Of a stretch of DNA of 64,000 bases, positions 45,443-58,135 are shown in pieces. Each line of letters opens with the position of its first letter. Position 1 is the stretch's first letter. A program made the position numbers and the translations under genes. This stretch comes from Octopus vulgaris. Taxonomy: Eukaryota. The DNA is taken from positions 83,452,001 to 83,516,000 of the forward strand of contig OX597816.1 in assembly GCA_951406725.2 (NCBI GenBank). Direction: 5' to 3'. Below the pieces are notes generated by a model. The model had not been told where the DNA came from. It worked only from the letters and a program-made list of their open reading frames with translations, and ran no database searches.

Positions 45443-45506
45443 TTATTACGGTATTGGTCCCAATTTCGAGGTTAATTCATAAGAATTTTCCCTTCTTCAG
45501 CGATAA
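45443..45506 (-). ncRNA. HHR motif in a (TA)n-flanked repeat (45225-45510) related to 53195-53985
   Basis: Minus strand CTGAAGA-A-GGG...CCTC-GAAA-TTGGGACCA-ATA. Confidence 0.65.
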
Positions 45507-45512
45507 ATACGC

Positions 45513-45549
<37 letters not shown>

Positions 45550-45683
45550 CATAAATACGAATATAGTGAACAAGTGAGCTTCAAAGATTCTCGGTATAGG
45601 CAATAATTAATAGCGCTTAAAAGCCTCGAACTTAGACTCCGACGTTTTTACGCGGAACTATATATATACATATATATATATAT

Positions 45684-45840
45684 ACGACGGGCTTCTTTCA
45701 GTTTCCATCTACCAAATCCACTCACAAGGCTTTGGTCAGACTAGGGTTATAGTAGAGGACACTTGCCAAATGTGTCACGGAGTGGAACTGAACCCGGAAC
45801 CATGTGGTTGGGAAGCAAGCTTCTTACCACAGAGCCGCAT
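45684..45840 (-). mobile_element. 5' half of SINE family A
   Basis: Consensus match. Confidence 0.85.
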
Positions 45841-46099
45841 TGTATACATATGGTTTCGAAATTGCAATAATATTCTCACAAACTCATCGAAGTTTTACAA
45901 CATACTGTATCGGACTCATAACTTCCTTCAAAAGCAAATTTTCCCTTACTATTTTATTAACCTTATTTAGATCTAGAACATTGCCAAAATGCATGTTATC
46001 ATTCACTTTCTTTATTTGTTTTAAATATATCAAATTTGCCTTATAACGAGTTATTCTAGTGGCCTAATGCAGTAGATGCTATGTTTTGTTGTAAAATTA

Positions 46100-46315
46100 G
46101 TTTTAGATTTTGGTACAAGGCCGGCAGTCGCAGTGGAGGAAGAGAGGCAATCTATTACATCGATCCAGTGTTCAATTGGTACTTATTTTATCAACCCCGA
46201 ACGGATGAAAGGCAAAATCGACCCCGGCGGCGTTTGAACGCAGAACGCAAAAGAAGACGAAATACCGGTAAGCATTTTACTCGTAGTGCTAGCGATTCTG
46301 CTAACAAGCCGCCTT
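46100..46315 (-). mobile_element. Diverged SINE family B
   Basis: Consensus match. Confidence 0.75.
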
Positions 46316-47317
46316 AAAAAACAAAAAACAACAAAAAAATTACTAACTTCAGACTTTCCTTTCGTTTTGAATTCTTTGCTATATTCGTTTCTTCATCATT
46401 GCTTCTTATAAATAATTCGAAAATGAATTTTATATTAATGCCTGTGAATTTTATTTAGAAATAGACATTTCTGTTGTCATATCGACTAATATAATTAATT
46501 CGTTCAAACCTGAAAAGAAATCAAAAAAACAAAAAAAAAAGTGTGCTCTGGCGGGAGCTGACATTATTATCCAATTACAATGACGCGTTTAATCACGTGG
46601 TTTCATATGCAAGAGCTACTGTTTCACTTGACTTTACAATGGTGGGTTTATTTATCTATTTATTTATTTTGTACTTTCGTATTTTTATAGTCACTTCTTA
46701 TCAATACTGACATTGACTACTTATATACAACTAGTTACTACTTTGTCGTGTTTATTATCGTGTTTTAGCTTCCTTTTAGTGTTCCTACTGAAGTATCTTT
46801 TCTCAAGTTCTATAATGTTTTAACTACAGTATAATGGGAATTAGTATTTGTGTACTCATGACATTCTTTGTACTCCAGGTCGGATGAAGAAAATGACTAC
46901 CACGTGGTTTTTCAAACGAAGAGGTTCATACTTGCCATGAAAGAAGAAAGAAATATTGGTTACTTCTGAGTTAACAGTGAGTGATCTTATAATAGTACAT
47001 CCACCTTCCTTTACCACTGATTCCTCCAACGCTGATCCGGATAGCACGGTAGGTTTATTTGTGGACCACGTTCTGATTGTCACAGATCACTCCGTGATAA
47101 CACAGGTTGTTAATCAGTCAAAGGTTATACTTGTGCTGCAAAAGTGTGCCTCGGCGACCACATACAATGCTCAGGATGACTTGAGGCCTAGGAACGAAGC
47201 TTACGTTTTCCATATACTCTATTATTCATTTATCACTGATACGTTTAACATGTAGTTTTTTTCGGATTCAAAAGCCCGTGGCTAACACTGTTACCCTGTT
47301 ACTCTGTTACTTGTTTC

Positions 47318-47533
47318 AGTCGTTTTTACTGCAGCCATGCTGAACCACCCTACAAAGGATTTTTTGTCGCAGAAATGGACTTCAGGACTTATTTTTTTGT
47401 AAGCCTGGTATTTATTCTTTTTGCCGAACCGCTAATTTACATGAACGTAAACACACCAACATTGGTTGTCAAACGATGGTTAGGGAACAAACACAGATAC
47501 AAACACGCACACACACACACACACACATGCACA

Positions 47534-47580
<47 letters not shown>

Positions 47581-47725
47581 GCACGATGGGCTTCTTTCAG
47601 ATTCCATCTACCGAATCCATTCACAAGGCTTTGGTGGCAGAAACTTGCCCAATGTGCCCCACAATGAGATTGAACCCGAGACCATGTGCTTGAGAAGCAA
47701 GCTTCTTACCACACAGCCACGCCTG
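47318..47725 (-). mobile_element. SINE family A
   Basis: Consensus match with an expanded internal (CA)n. Confidence 0.85.
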
Positions 47726-47994
47726 AGCCTGAAGATATATATTTTTTCAAGACTTCGAAAAGACATGAATGCGTACAAAAAGCTAAATAATTAAGCAACT
47801 TAGAGGTTTGACTCTTATGTCTACAGAGGATTTCGTAGAAATTTTCTCAACACATTTCACTAATCTTCAAATGGTTTTGAATTCTGTATGATCATAACTT
47901 CCCTTAAGGGAGCTTTGTGGAGCTGAGAGTTATGTAGAACTATTTCCAATATATCGTCGGCTTTTCCAAATTTGCAATATTGTTCACTGAAAAA

Positions 47995-48205
47995 CGCGGC
48001 GAGCTGGCAGAAACGTTAGCACGCATGGCGAAATGCTTAGTAGCATTTCGTCTGTCTTTACGTTCTGAATTCAAATTCCACCAAGGTCGACTTTGCTTTT
48101 CATCCTTTCGGGGTCGATAAATTAAGTATCAGTTGCGTACAGGGGTCGATCTAATCGACTGGCCCCTTCCCCAAAATTGTCGAGCTTTGTGCCTAGAGTA
48201 GAAAA
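47995..48205 (+). mobile_element. SINE family B
   Basis: GGCGAGCTGGCAGAAACGTTAGC...TCATCCTTTCGGGGTCGATAAATTAAG. Confidence 0.9.
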
Positions 48206-48295
48206 TATATTGTTCATTGAGAGTTCGTGAAAGTCATTGATTTCGATGACGTGGTCTATAAAATTGTATCTTAGGGAACATACACATGCACAAAG

Positions 48296-48329
<34 letters not shown>

Positions 48330-49849
48330 ACACACACATACACACACAAACAAACACACACACACATATTTACACGATGGGCTTCTTTCAGATTTTGTCT
48401 ACCAAATCCACTCACAAGGCTTTGGTCGGCCCGAGGTTATGATAGAAGGCAGGGTAAGTGACATTCTAAATTAATCAGGCTATTTAGTAAGTGTCGAGAC
48501 AATTGCGTATTTACTCCTGTTTGACTTTCTTGTTTATAGTATTGTTTCATTCATAAAACTATTTCTAAATTAATTTGCCTATATGCTTTATATTCGTCTG
48601 TTACTGATTATGTTAATCAAATCCTTTCACGTATCTTAAGTAACGATTAATTTAAAGCTATGTCCCAATACATCCATTCTGTCGGTGCATCTTTATTAAG
48701 TTCAAATTTCGCCAAGATGAACAAAAATTTCAGTTTTTCAAAATTTTACTGAATTTCCAAGGAAAGGCAAAGAACTGTGAAGAATCAATCAAGTGTCGAG
48801 GTATAAAGAATACATCTTTTTTAAACAAGTCACTTTTTGTTACGTCATATAATCTCTCTAAATAATATTTCCGATAAAATGAAGAAAAAAGTCTTTTGTT
48901 TCGTTGATTTACGAATGAATAAATGAACACACACACACACATGTATGTGTGTATGTCTGTTTGTATGTATATAAGAGATTTTTTGTTTCGTTTATTTACG
49001 AATGAATAGGTATCTAAAAATACAATATTATATACATATATACATAATAAATAATATATGTATGTATGTATGTATGAATGTATGTATGTATATATGTATA
49101 TATATATATATATATATATGCGTATATGGGAACAGGACATCACCAACAGTGCAAACAACATGAAATACGTAAACAACGAGGGAAAAGAAATTGAAAACAG
49201 GACAAGTAAACACAGAGCATTCAACGCTAATACGAGTCTTCAAAGACAGTTGATCCCATAAATTCTAAAATAAAATTTAAGATTTATGGAGGGGTGGAGG
49301 GGCAAAGTAGGGAATAAAAACAGGACAGTGGAGACATACAAGGAAACCGAACGAATAAAAAAACATGGAGAGTCGCTACACCAGAACAAGAGGAAAATAG
49401 TGAACGCTGGGAGAAATATTTTCTTTGACAAGAGAAAAGATAGAAGTGAGAGAGAGAAAAAAACGTCGTCTTTTGAACGTCCGTGCAGGAAAAGATGTTC
49501 ACGTGAGGAAAAGAAAGATGGACGATGGTCACGTGTGAGCAACGAGAGAGACAAAAAGAGAAACAAGGGGAGAAAGGCAGATAGAAACAAGGAAAATGCC
49601 CCTTGCATTTGAATACTATGCAAATATTCTTTTAAAAAAACTTATCTTCTAATTTTTCCAAAATGTAATTGTTTTCCATACTTATAGTTGAAAAATTCTC
49701 AATGAGTGAAGCCGGCACTGAAATGTTTTTTATAAATTTATTTTAGCATTTTCTATCTTGACTTTTTACCATATATATATGTGTGTGTGTGAGCGTGCGT
49801 GCGTGCGCGTATATACATACATACATACATACATACATACATACATACA

Positions 49850-49883
<34 letters not shown>

Positions 49884-50727
49884 CATACACGAGTGTGTGC
49901 GCGTGCGTAATAAGAACAGTAAAATTCAAGAAATGTATTTACTTCGCAAAAAATATATGGAAAATTTAGCGTGTTTTAAGTAATTAGCGTTGATTAATAA
50001 ATCAAATTACACGCAATATCACATAACAATTTAACTTTTTTTCAATTTTGTGCAAATATTTAATCTCAATTTATTATTCTCTTTGCAGTTCCTTCGTGCT
50101 TTTTAATACAAATCAATTTTTATCTTAAATGAATTTAATTTAAAATAAACTAGTGCTCATTGGAGCACTTTCTTCTTATAAGTATATCTGGTGATTACTT
50201 TAACTGAAAATTTAACAATTTTATTCGATCTGTAAATGCGTATTCTTTAAGTGAATCTATGAACAAAAAAGCTTTGAAATTGTATTTATTTAAAATAGTT
50301 ATAAATGGGTTTTAATAGAAAAATACATTATATAAATGGCAAACCTAATAAACCGTAACATAAAATTGATCATAAGCTAGTTGTAGTTTTTTAAATATTT
50401 TGAATTTCAATTCTGTTGATTTCTTATTGAAACTATGTATATATAAATACATTTCGGTTGCGATGTATAATGATGTAATTTGAATAATGCTTGTTGCTTA
50501 CACCACTATGACTACCAGTAGAATACAATTTACAGGTAATAATTCAAATTATTGTAAATGATTTTTGTATGTTTTTGTAGAGGGTGAGATTTGAAGAAAG
50601 TGAAACTAAGTTAACGCATTGGGTGAAAACAATTGTAGTAATGCTACTCTATCTTCATATAGAAATTATTGGCTTCATTGAAAGATGAATGTAAAAATAG
50701 GTTATAGCGTTCAGTTGTTTTTCACGT

Positions 50728-50935
50728 ATCTTTTACTTGTCTCAATCATTAGACGCGGTCATGCTTGGGGCACCACCTTGATGAATTTTTAGGCAAATGA
50801 GCCGACCTCAGTACTTTTATTACTTATTCTGTCAGTTCCTTATGCAGAACGGCTAAGTTACGGGGACGTAAACATACCAACACCGATTGTCATGCGGTAG
50901 AGCGGAGACAAACACAGACACATAGGCACACACAG
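50728..50935 (-). mobile_element. 3' half of SINE family A
   Basis: Consensus match. Confidence 0.75.
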
Positions 50936-50966
50936 ACACACTCACATATAAATATTTACATATTTA

Positions 50967-51271
50967 TCTATTATATAAAATCCGTTCTGTCTGTCTGTGT
51001 GTGTCTTCTAGGATCTCGGGCACCCTCCATCCGATTGCGCTCAAATTTTATATGTTGATACCGACGGTATAAGGGCGTGTATAAGTCTTGAAAAAGTTAC
51101 AAAAATCGATTCCAGGTGAGAATGCGATCAATAAAGCCGTGAGAACGTGCATTTGTACGTGTTTCTCAAAGGGGGGGGCCTATGGGACGGTATGACAAGT
51201 TGTTTTCAGAAAATTTGATTTGAATGTTTGACAACTCAGCACCGTCCGTTGGACGGGACGGCGTTTTGCTC

Positions 51272-51272
<1 letters not shown>
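50967..51272 (+). mobile_element. Complete short non-autonomous Helitron
   Basis: 5' TC start (TCTATTATATAAAA) with a (GTCT) microsatellite; 3' GC hairpin CCGTCC..GGACGG; CTCG end (CTRR-like); inserted between A and T with no TSD. Confidence 0.7.
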
Positions 51273-51304
<32 letters not shown>

Positions 51305-51308
<4 letters not shown>

Positions 51309-52196
51309 AATCAAGGAACGGCCATAATAGGCCATTCACCCACTAGAAATAACAGCCAAAAGCTTCAACCGCAAAATAACATCAATTCCGTAAACCAGGA
51401 GAAAATTAAAATGGTTGGCTTGATTTAATTTAATCAGGTTAGTTTACCATTAAACAGTAGATGAAACGGTGCATCGTATAAGAAATTACAGGGTAAATGT
51501 TTTTTAATTTTCTCCTGGTTTACGGAATTGATGTTATTTTGCGGTTGAAGCTTTTGGCTGTTATTTCTAGTGGGTGAATGGCCTATTATGGCCGTTCCCT
51601 GATTGTGATGTTGAACTTAAAAATGGTCTATGACTATTTAATTTTTTCCCACTAGGCCGCTGGTGGCAAAGAAATTCTACAAAATTTTTTGCCACCCTAT
51701 ATTGATTAATTATGAATTTTCTGGTTAATTCCGTAATTGGAATCGGCGGCTTATATTTATTTGCTGCCGATAAATTTGGCGCGAGTGCGATGATTTGAAA
51801 ATTTTAGGTCAGATATTGCCGAGGCAGGGACGGAAATGCCTCGTGAAAAATATCTGTTCCGACTTGGCTATTTCTTACTGATGATTCTAAGGGCCTATGG
51901 TAGATTGGCTTGATTTAATTTAATCAGGTTAGTTTACCATTAAACAGTAGATGAAACGGTGCATCGTATAAGAAATTACAGGGTAAATGTTTTTTTAATT
52001 TTCTCCTGGTTTACGGAATTGATGTTATTTTGCGGTTGAAGCTTTTGGCTGTTATTTCTAGTGGGTGAATGGCCTATTATGGCCGTTCCTTGATTGTGAT
52101 GTTGAACTTAAAAATGGTCTATGACTATTTAATTTTTTCCCACTAGGCCGCTGGTGGCAAAAAAATTCTACAAAATTTTTTGCCACCCTATATTGA

Positions 52197-52203
<7 letters not shown>
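51305..52203 (+). mobile_element. Non-coding PLE-type insertion: inverted 5' piece plus two tandem pseudo-LTR-like repeats in (TA)n
   Basis: 51305-51410 is the reverse complement of about 51503-51609; 51414-51712 is almost identical to 51905-52203. Confidence 0.85.
51872..51974 (+). ncRNA. Canonical type I hammerhead ribozyme with an extended stem II
   Basis: TTCTTA-CTGATGA-TTCTA...ATGGTAGATTGGCTTGATT/AATCAGGTTAGTTTACCAT...TAGAT-GAAAC-GGTGCATC-GTA-TAAGAA. Confidence 0.8.
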
Positions 52204-52235
<32 letters not shown>

Positions 52236-53113
52236 TAATAAATAAAACATATGCATATATATGTACATATATGTACGTACCTACCTCTACATGTATATAT
52301 ACACGCATATGAGTACAGGACACCAAAAAAAACGTCGAACACAATGAGAAACGAAAACATAGACACAAACACAAGGAACTGGACATTTTTCTAAAAAAAA
52401 AAAAAAAAAGTACAGGACAAATAACACAAGGAAAAAACCCCTTCTTCAGTCGCTATGGTTTCATCTACTCTACGTCTCGAAGGTGACACGACGAGCTTCT
52501 TTCAGTTTCCGCCTGCCAAATCTACTCAGAAGGCTCTAATCAGTTCGAAGTTATTGTAGAAGTCACTTGTCCATGGTGTCACGCAGTATGGCTGTGCTCG
52601 GGTATGTACACATTCACATGTAAAATCGCATATAAAAACAAAAGTCTCTGCATATCTGTGCGGGTGGGTGGGGCGCGTGTGGATGAACATGCATGTACGT
52701 ACATCAAGCTATAAGAGGTCAGCATGGAAGCGGTCTCCAGTAAGCAGAATTTCTAGACAACTAGACAAATATACCAATTACCTTAGACCATGTTTCCGAC
52801 TGGATCTGTTCATTACACAGAGGGAAAATGTACTTTTCCAACGACACTGTGAGACCTAAATGCACAAGTAATTTCCCCTGCGATGTGGTTCAAGGATTCT
52901 GGATTTCAGATGAATGGTGCCGCTACGGGTACTTGTGCTAATGCACATGTGCGACGATGACATTCAACCATTCTGCTGTTTACTCGCTCGCGGAAACATA
53001 CGAGTGGTATTGAGTGCTATTGTATAGGTGTTAGTAGTCGCCCGGTGATGCTGATCTTTAAGAATTGTAGTCATCAAAGGGAAGACATTTGAAGAAGAGG
53101 ATCAAAGTCTCTC

Positions 53114-53154
<41 letters not shown>

Positions 53155-53424
53155 TTCTATGTTTGTATATACATATATATATATATATATATATCTAATG
53201 AGGATAATTTTTAAAAAATTTTTTCGAAAACATCAATGGCCAGCATATTAAAAAATACCTTAAACGGTTAAATTTATAAACAATTCATAAATGAGGGCAA
53301 AGGAAAAAATTTCTAATGCCAAATATGCCGAAAAATTGGACATATTGTCCATTAACCATATAATTTTTTCACAATACGCACGCTACTCGAAAAAAGGTCG
53401 ACAGACATTTCTAAAAAATTCCAT

Positions 53425-53485
53425 TATCACCATATCGGACCGATTTCAGAGTTAGCTACTAAGAGCCCTCTCTTCGTCAGTGATA
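53425..53485 (-). ncRNA. Type I HHR (AUA site)
   Basis: Minus strand TATCA-CTGACGA-A-GAG...CTCT-GAAA-TCGGTCCG-ATA-TGGTG. Confidence 0.7.
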
Positions 53486-53783
53486 CATGTGGCAAAAGAA
53501 ATAAATGAGATACTCATACCCATGGAAGAATTTTTCGAAAAAATATTTTTTTCGAGAAAATATTTTTCTCGAAAGAAATTTTATCCTCATTAGATATAAA
53601 TTTAAACGTTCACTTCCGGACTATCTCACTCTGTGACAGCCTCAGTTCAAATCGCACGTGTCTCGAATGGGCTGGAGTATTTCTATTTTGGATGTATTTG
53701 GGGTACTTAGTTGTGCTCATGACTTAGTGTTTGCTTCTTCCATGGGTATGAGTAAATATCTCATTTATTTCTTTTGCCACATG

Positions 53784-53842
53784 TATCACTGACGAAGAGA
53801 GGGCTCTTAGTAGCTAACTCTGAAATCGGTCCGATGTGGTAA
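53784..53842 (+). ncRNA. Twin HHR copy with H17=G (predicted inactive)
   Basis: Same motif as 53425-53485 but ...TCCG-ATG-TGGTA. Confidence 0.6.
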
Positions 53843-53988
53843 TAATGGAATTTTTTAGAAATGTCTGTCGACCTTTTTTCGAGTAGCGTGCGTATTGTGA
53901 AAAAATTATATGGTTAATGGACAATATGTCCAATTTTTCGGCATATTTGGCATTAGAAATTTTTTCCTTTGCCCTCATTTATGAAAAG

Positions 53989-54026
<38 letters not shown>

Positions 54027-54054
54027 AAAAAATATATTTATCTGAATATATCAG

Positions 54055-54202
54055 TACGTGGCTGTGTGGTAAGAAGCTTACTCCCAAAACACATGGTTCC
54101 AGGTTTAGAGTCCCACCTTCGGCAAATGTCTTCTACTATAGCCTCTGGCCGACCAAAACCTTGTGAGTGAATTTGGTAGACAAAAGCTGAAAGAAATCCG
54201 TC

Positions 54203-54251
<49 letters not shown>

Positions 54252-54698
54252 CATGTATATGTTTGTGTGTCTATGTTTGTCCCCCCATCATTGCTTTACA
54301 ACCGATGTTGGTGCTTTTACGTCCCCGTAACTTAGCGGTTCGGCAAAAGGAACCGATAGAATAAATACTATGCTTATAAAAAATAAGTCCTGGGGTCGAT
54401 TTGTTCTACTAAATGTGGTGCTCCAGCATGGCCGCAATCAAAATGATTGAAACAAATAAAAGAATAAAAGAATATATCATGTATACACACACTTACATAT
54501 ATATATACATACATATATACACACAAATACAAACACATACGAGGTAAGTAGCTTGATTCCCACATGGCTCCAAATTAAGCTCCACTGCGTGGCACTTGGA
54601 TAAGTCTCGTATACTTACAGCCATGGAGTTACCAAAGATTTGTGAGTCTATTTGGTAGACAGAAAATGAAAGAAGCCCGTCAAATACATACATACATG

Positions 54699-54789
<91 letters not shown>

Positions 54790-55000
54790 GTATACGTGTT
54801 CGTGTGTATGTGTCTATCTTTGTCCCTCGTCACCGCTGGAAGACCCCCGTTGGTTTGTTTACGTTCTCAGCAAAAACCGACTGATAGAATAAGTACGAAG
54901 CTTAAAAAAGTACCGGAGTCGATTTATTCGACTTATCACCTTTAAAGGCAGTGCTCCAGCATGGCTACAGTCTAACGACTGAAATAAGTAAAAGTAACAA
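54055..55000 (+). mobile_element. Two tandem SINE family A copies (54055-54470 and 54540-55000)
   Basis: Consensus matches. Confidence 0.85.
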
Positions 55001-55457
55001 AAGACACACAAAGCATGATTTCTTCTTTGTTTCCTCTTTGTACATATGAGGTAAGTCATTTACCGACATCAGCGCTATCGACACCATGCCATCACCAAAC
55101 ACGGGAACTCCACTCTAATTCTACGCACATACACATGAACTCAACTGCATATACAACGCGCTAAACTAGTACTTTCTTTATCCCCCTAATAACACCACCA
55201 CCATCACCACCACCACCACCACCACTACACAAATTCACACCCTTTATTATATTTACACTCACTCCTACCTCTTTCTTTGTCTCTGCCTCCCCTTTGCACA
55301 TGTACACAAAAGCTGTTCACCCGACCCATCGACCCAACCACACTTAAACGTCTGTTGTTCCTTTTTTGTTATTTAATTTTCCACCATATACCCAACTGTA
55401 ATATTTCACTTGACCTTACCCGCCTACAAAATGGCTGCTTCCCGCCTTGCTCACACG

Positions 55458-55508
<51 letters not shown>

Positions 55509-56069
55509 CTATGTATACGCTTTAAAAAAATTTATTGAATATATTTATTTATTTATTCTTGTTTTCTCAACACTTAATTATTCTTTATCTTTCTTTTTTG
55601 AACCATGTGTAATTATTATTATTTGGCAGAGAAGGGCAAACGGATGACAGTCGGGATGGGGCTACAGAATACATACATACAATGCCTGTTTTGCACTATT
55701 CAGTTACACATTTTCTGAGTTTTGAGCTCAAATCTAGTCGCAGTGAAGTTGTGACTTCCACCATTTCAGATTCGATTAAATAAGTACTTAACGTTTACGC
55801 AACATGCAAAGAACGGCGGAGTGACAGACAGTCTGTATTGGTTGATGGCATATAATTCCTTGTTCGGGATGTCGTTACGTTCCATTACGATCTGAATTCT
55901 GCGTTTTAATTTTATGCTATTTTCGCCGAGATCGACGAAGTAATTTCCAGTTCAGTGCAGTTTTCAATATAAACAAAAACCAATTTTGAAATGTGTTTTC
56001 TGATACATATGCAAAAAAACAAAAAAAAAAAAGAGACTAATATGATAAAATTATTTATGCTATTCTATG

Positions 56070-56260
56070 TGTATCAGTCATTAGGCTGCAGCCATGCTGG
56101 AACAACTCGTCGAGGAACTTTTAGTCGAATTAATCGACCCAAGTACATATTTTTTGAAGCCTTGACACTTATTCTATCTGTCTCATTTGCCGAACAGCTA
56201 ATGTTACGAGGACGTAAACATAATACAAGTGGTGGTGGGGGGATTAAAGACAGGCACAAT

Positions 56261-56306
<46 letters not shown>

Positions 56307-56475
56307 CACGAAGCCAGCAAATTAGGGGGAATGGTTGAGTCGCTTACATCAACTCCAGTGCAAAACTGGTGCTTTTTTCTGCAACTCAAAAGGATGAATG
56401 GCAAAGGCGACCTTAGAGTAATTTGAACTTACAAGACGACCGAAATGTCGCTAAGCATATGCCCAGGATGCTAAC
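56070..56475 (-). mobile_element. Decayed SINE A (56070-56255) and SINE B (56310-56475)
   Basis: Partial consensus matches. Confidence 0.65.
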
Positions 56476-56484
56476 GATATATAT

Positions 56485-56575
<91 letters not shown>

Positions 56576-56577
<2 letters not shown>

Positions 56578-56986
56578 CGCAGGAGTGGCTGTGTGGTAAG
56601 TAGCTTGCTAACCAACCACATGGTTCGGGTTCAGTCCCACTGCGTGGCATCTTGGGCAAGTGTCATCTGCTATAGCCCCGAGCCGACCAACGCCTTGTGA
56701 GTGGATTTGGTAGACGGAAACTGAAAGAAGCCTGTCGTATATATGTATATATATGTGTATGTGTGTGTTTGTGTGTGTGTATGTGTGTTTGTCCCCTTAG
56801 CATTGCTTGACAACCGATGCTGGTGTGTTTACGTCCCCGTCACTTAGCGGTTCGGCAAAAGAGAACGATAGAATAGGTACTGGGCTTACAAAGAATAAGT
56901 CCTGGGGTCGATTTGCTCGACTAAAGGCGGTGCTCCAGCATGGCCGTAGTCAAATGACTGAAACAAGTAAAAGAGTAAAAGAGTAA
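56576..56986 (+). mobile_element. Full-length SINE family A
   Basis: GGCGCAGGAGTGGCTGTGTGG start through the (GAGTAAAA)n tail. Confidence 0.95.
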
Positions 56987-57207
56987 ATATATTACCCTTT
57001 ACTCTTTACTCTTTTACTCGTTTCAGTCATTTGACTGCGGCCATGCTGGAGCACCGCCTTTAATCGAGCATACTCGACCCCGGGACTTATTCTTTGTAAG
57101 CCCAGTTCTTATTCTATCGGTCTCTTTTGCCGAACTGCTAAGTGACAGGGACATAAACACACCAGCATCGATTGTCAAGCAATGCTAGGGGACAGACACA
57201 CAAACAC

Positions 57208-57260
<53 letters not shown>

Positions 57261-57700
57261 TACGACGGGCTTCTTTCAGTTTCCGTCTGCCAAATCCACT
57301 CACAAGGCTTTGGTCGGCCCGAGGCTATAGTAGAAGACACTTGCCCAAGGTGCCACACAGTGGGACTGAACCCGGAACCATGTGGTTGGTAAACAAGCTA
57401 CTTTATTTCAAAACATTTGCCATAAAGGCAGTACACAGATTAAGTTAGCTTTGCGGGCTGGACGAGGACATTAATGAGGTGAATGATAATGAAAGAAAGA
57501 TGATAAGGATGGGAGAAGACAGAAAGCGCCCGCCGACTTTTGCTTCTCTAAAACATTGTTCTTTTTAAAAAGATAAACACAAAACGAGGTATAAAACCTC
57601 TTACAATTTTTCCAATTTTTGGGCTTAGCAGTCCATTATTAATACAAAACGAGGTATTAATCCTCTTACAATTTTTCAATTTTTGGACTTAAGTCCATTA

Positions 57701-58135
57701 CTAATAATACATATCGTCCTCGAAATAGCTTGTGCCCGCGCCCTCCACCATCAACCACGCCTCCCTCAGAACGTAGTCAAGTTCCGAGTTCGCGTCGCCC
57801 GGGACCAAGTTATAATCTTCATTGAGCTCCTTTAGCCCTAGCGTCACGTCGAACGCCACGGCCTCCACAGCTACCTGCGGAGGCCATTCGGGGTCCTGTG
57901 TGAAGGCTAAAGGTGCTCCCTTGTAGTGCTCTTCCATCACTTTTTCAATTTCTCCTCCTCTATAGAAGAGGACCAATACATTCAGTTCTTTCGTTGGCGG
58001 CACAGTTTCCGCCAACGGTATTCCTTCTCTTGTCGGTGGCACAACCCCAACCGACGTAGTTCCGCGACATTCCGGTGCTACACTGACAGCCGGTAATGTT
58101 CCGTTTTTCTTCCTCTTTTTCTTTTTTTTCCCTTT
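57701..58135 (-). CDS. -1-frame acidic continuation of ORF1
   Basis: Open from the A-tract at about 58135 (KKKRKKNGTLPAVSV...VPPTRE...YFEDDMYY*). Confidence 0.6.
   Translation of the reverse strand, partial: KGKKKKKRKKNGTLPAVSVAPECRGTTSVGVVPPTREGIPLAETVPPTKELNVLVLFYRGGEIEKVMEEHYKGAPLAFTQDPEWPPQVAVEAVAFDVTLGLKELNEDYNLVPGDANSELDYVLREAWLMVEGAGTSYFEDDMYY

Larger units (their letters stand above)
53195..53985. mobile_element. Fold-back non-coding PLE-type insertion with roughly 250-bp inverted arms
   Basis: 53283-53530 is the reverse complement of 53735-53985; 53560-53595 inverts 53190-53230; (TA)n flanks. Confidence 0.85.
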
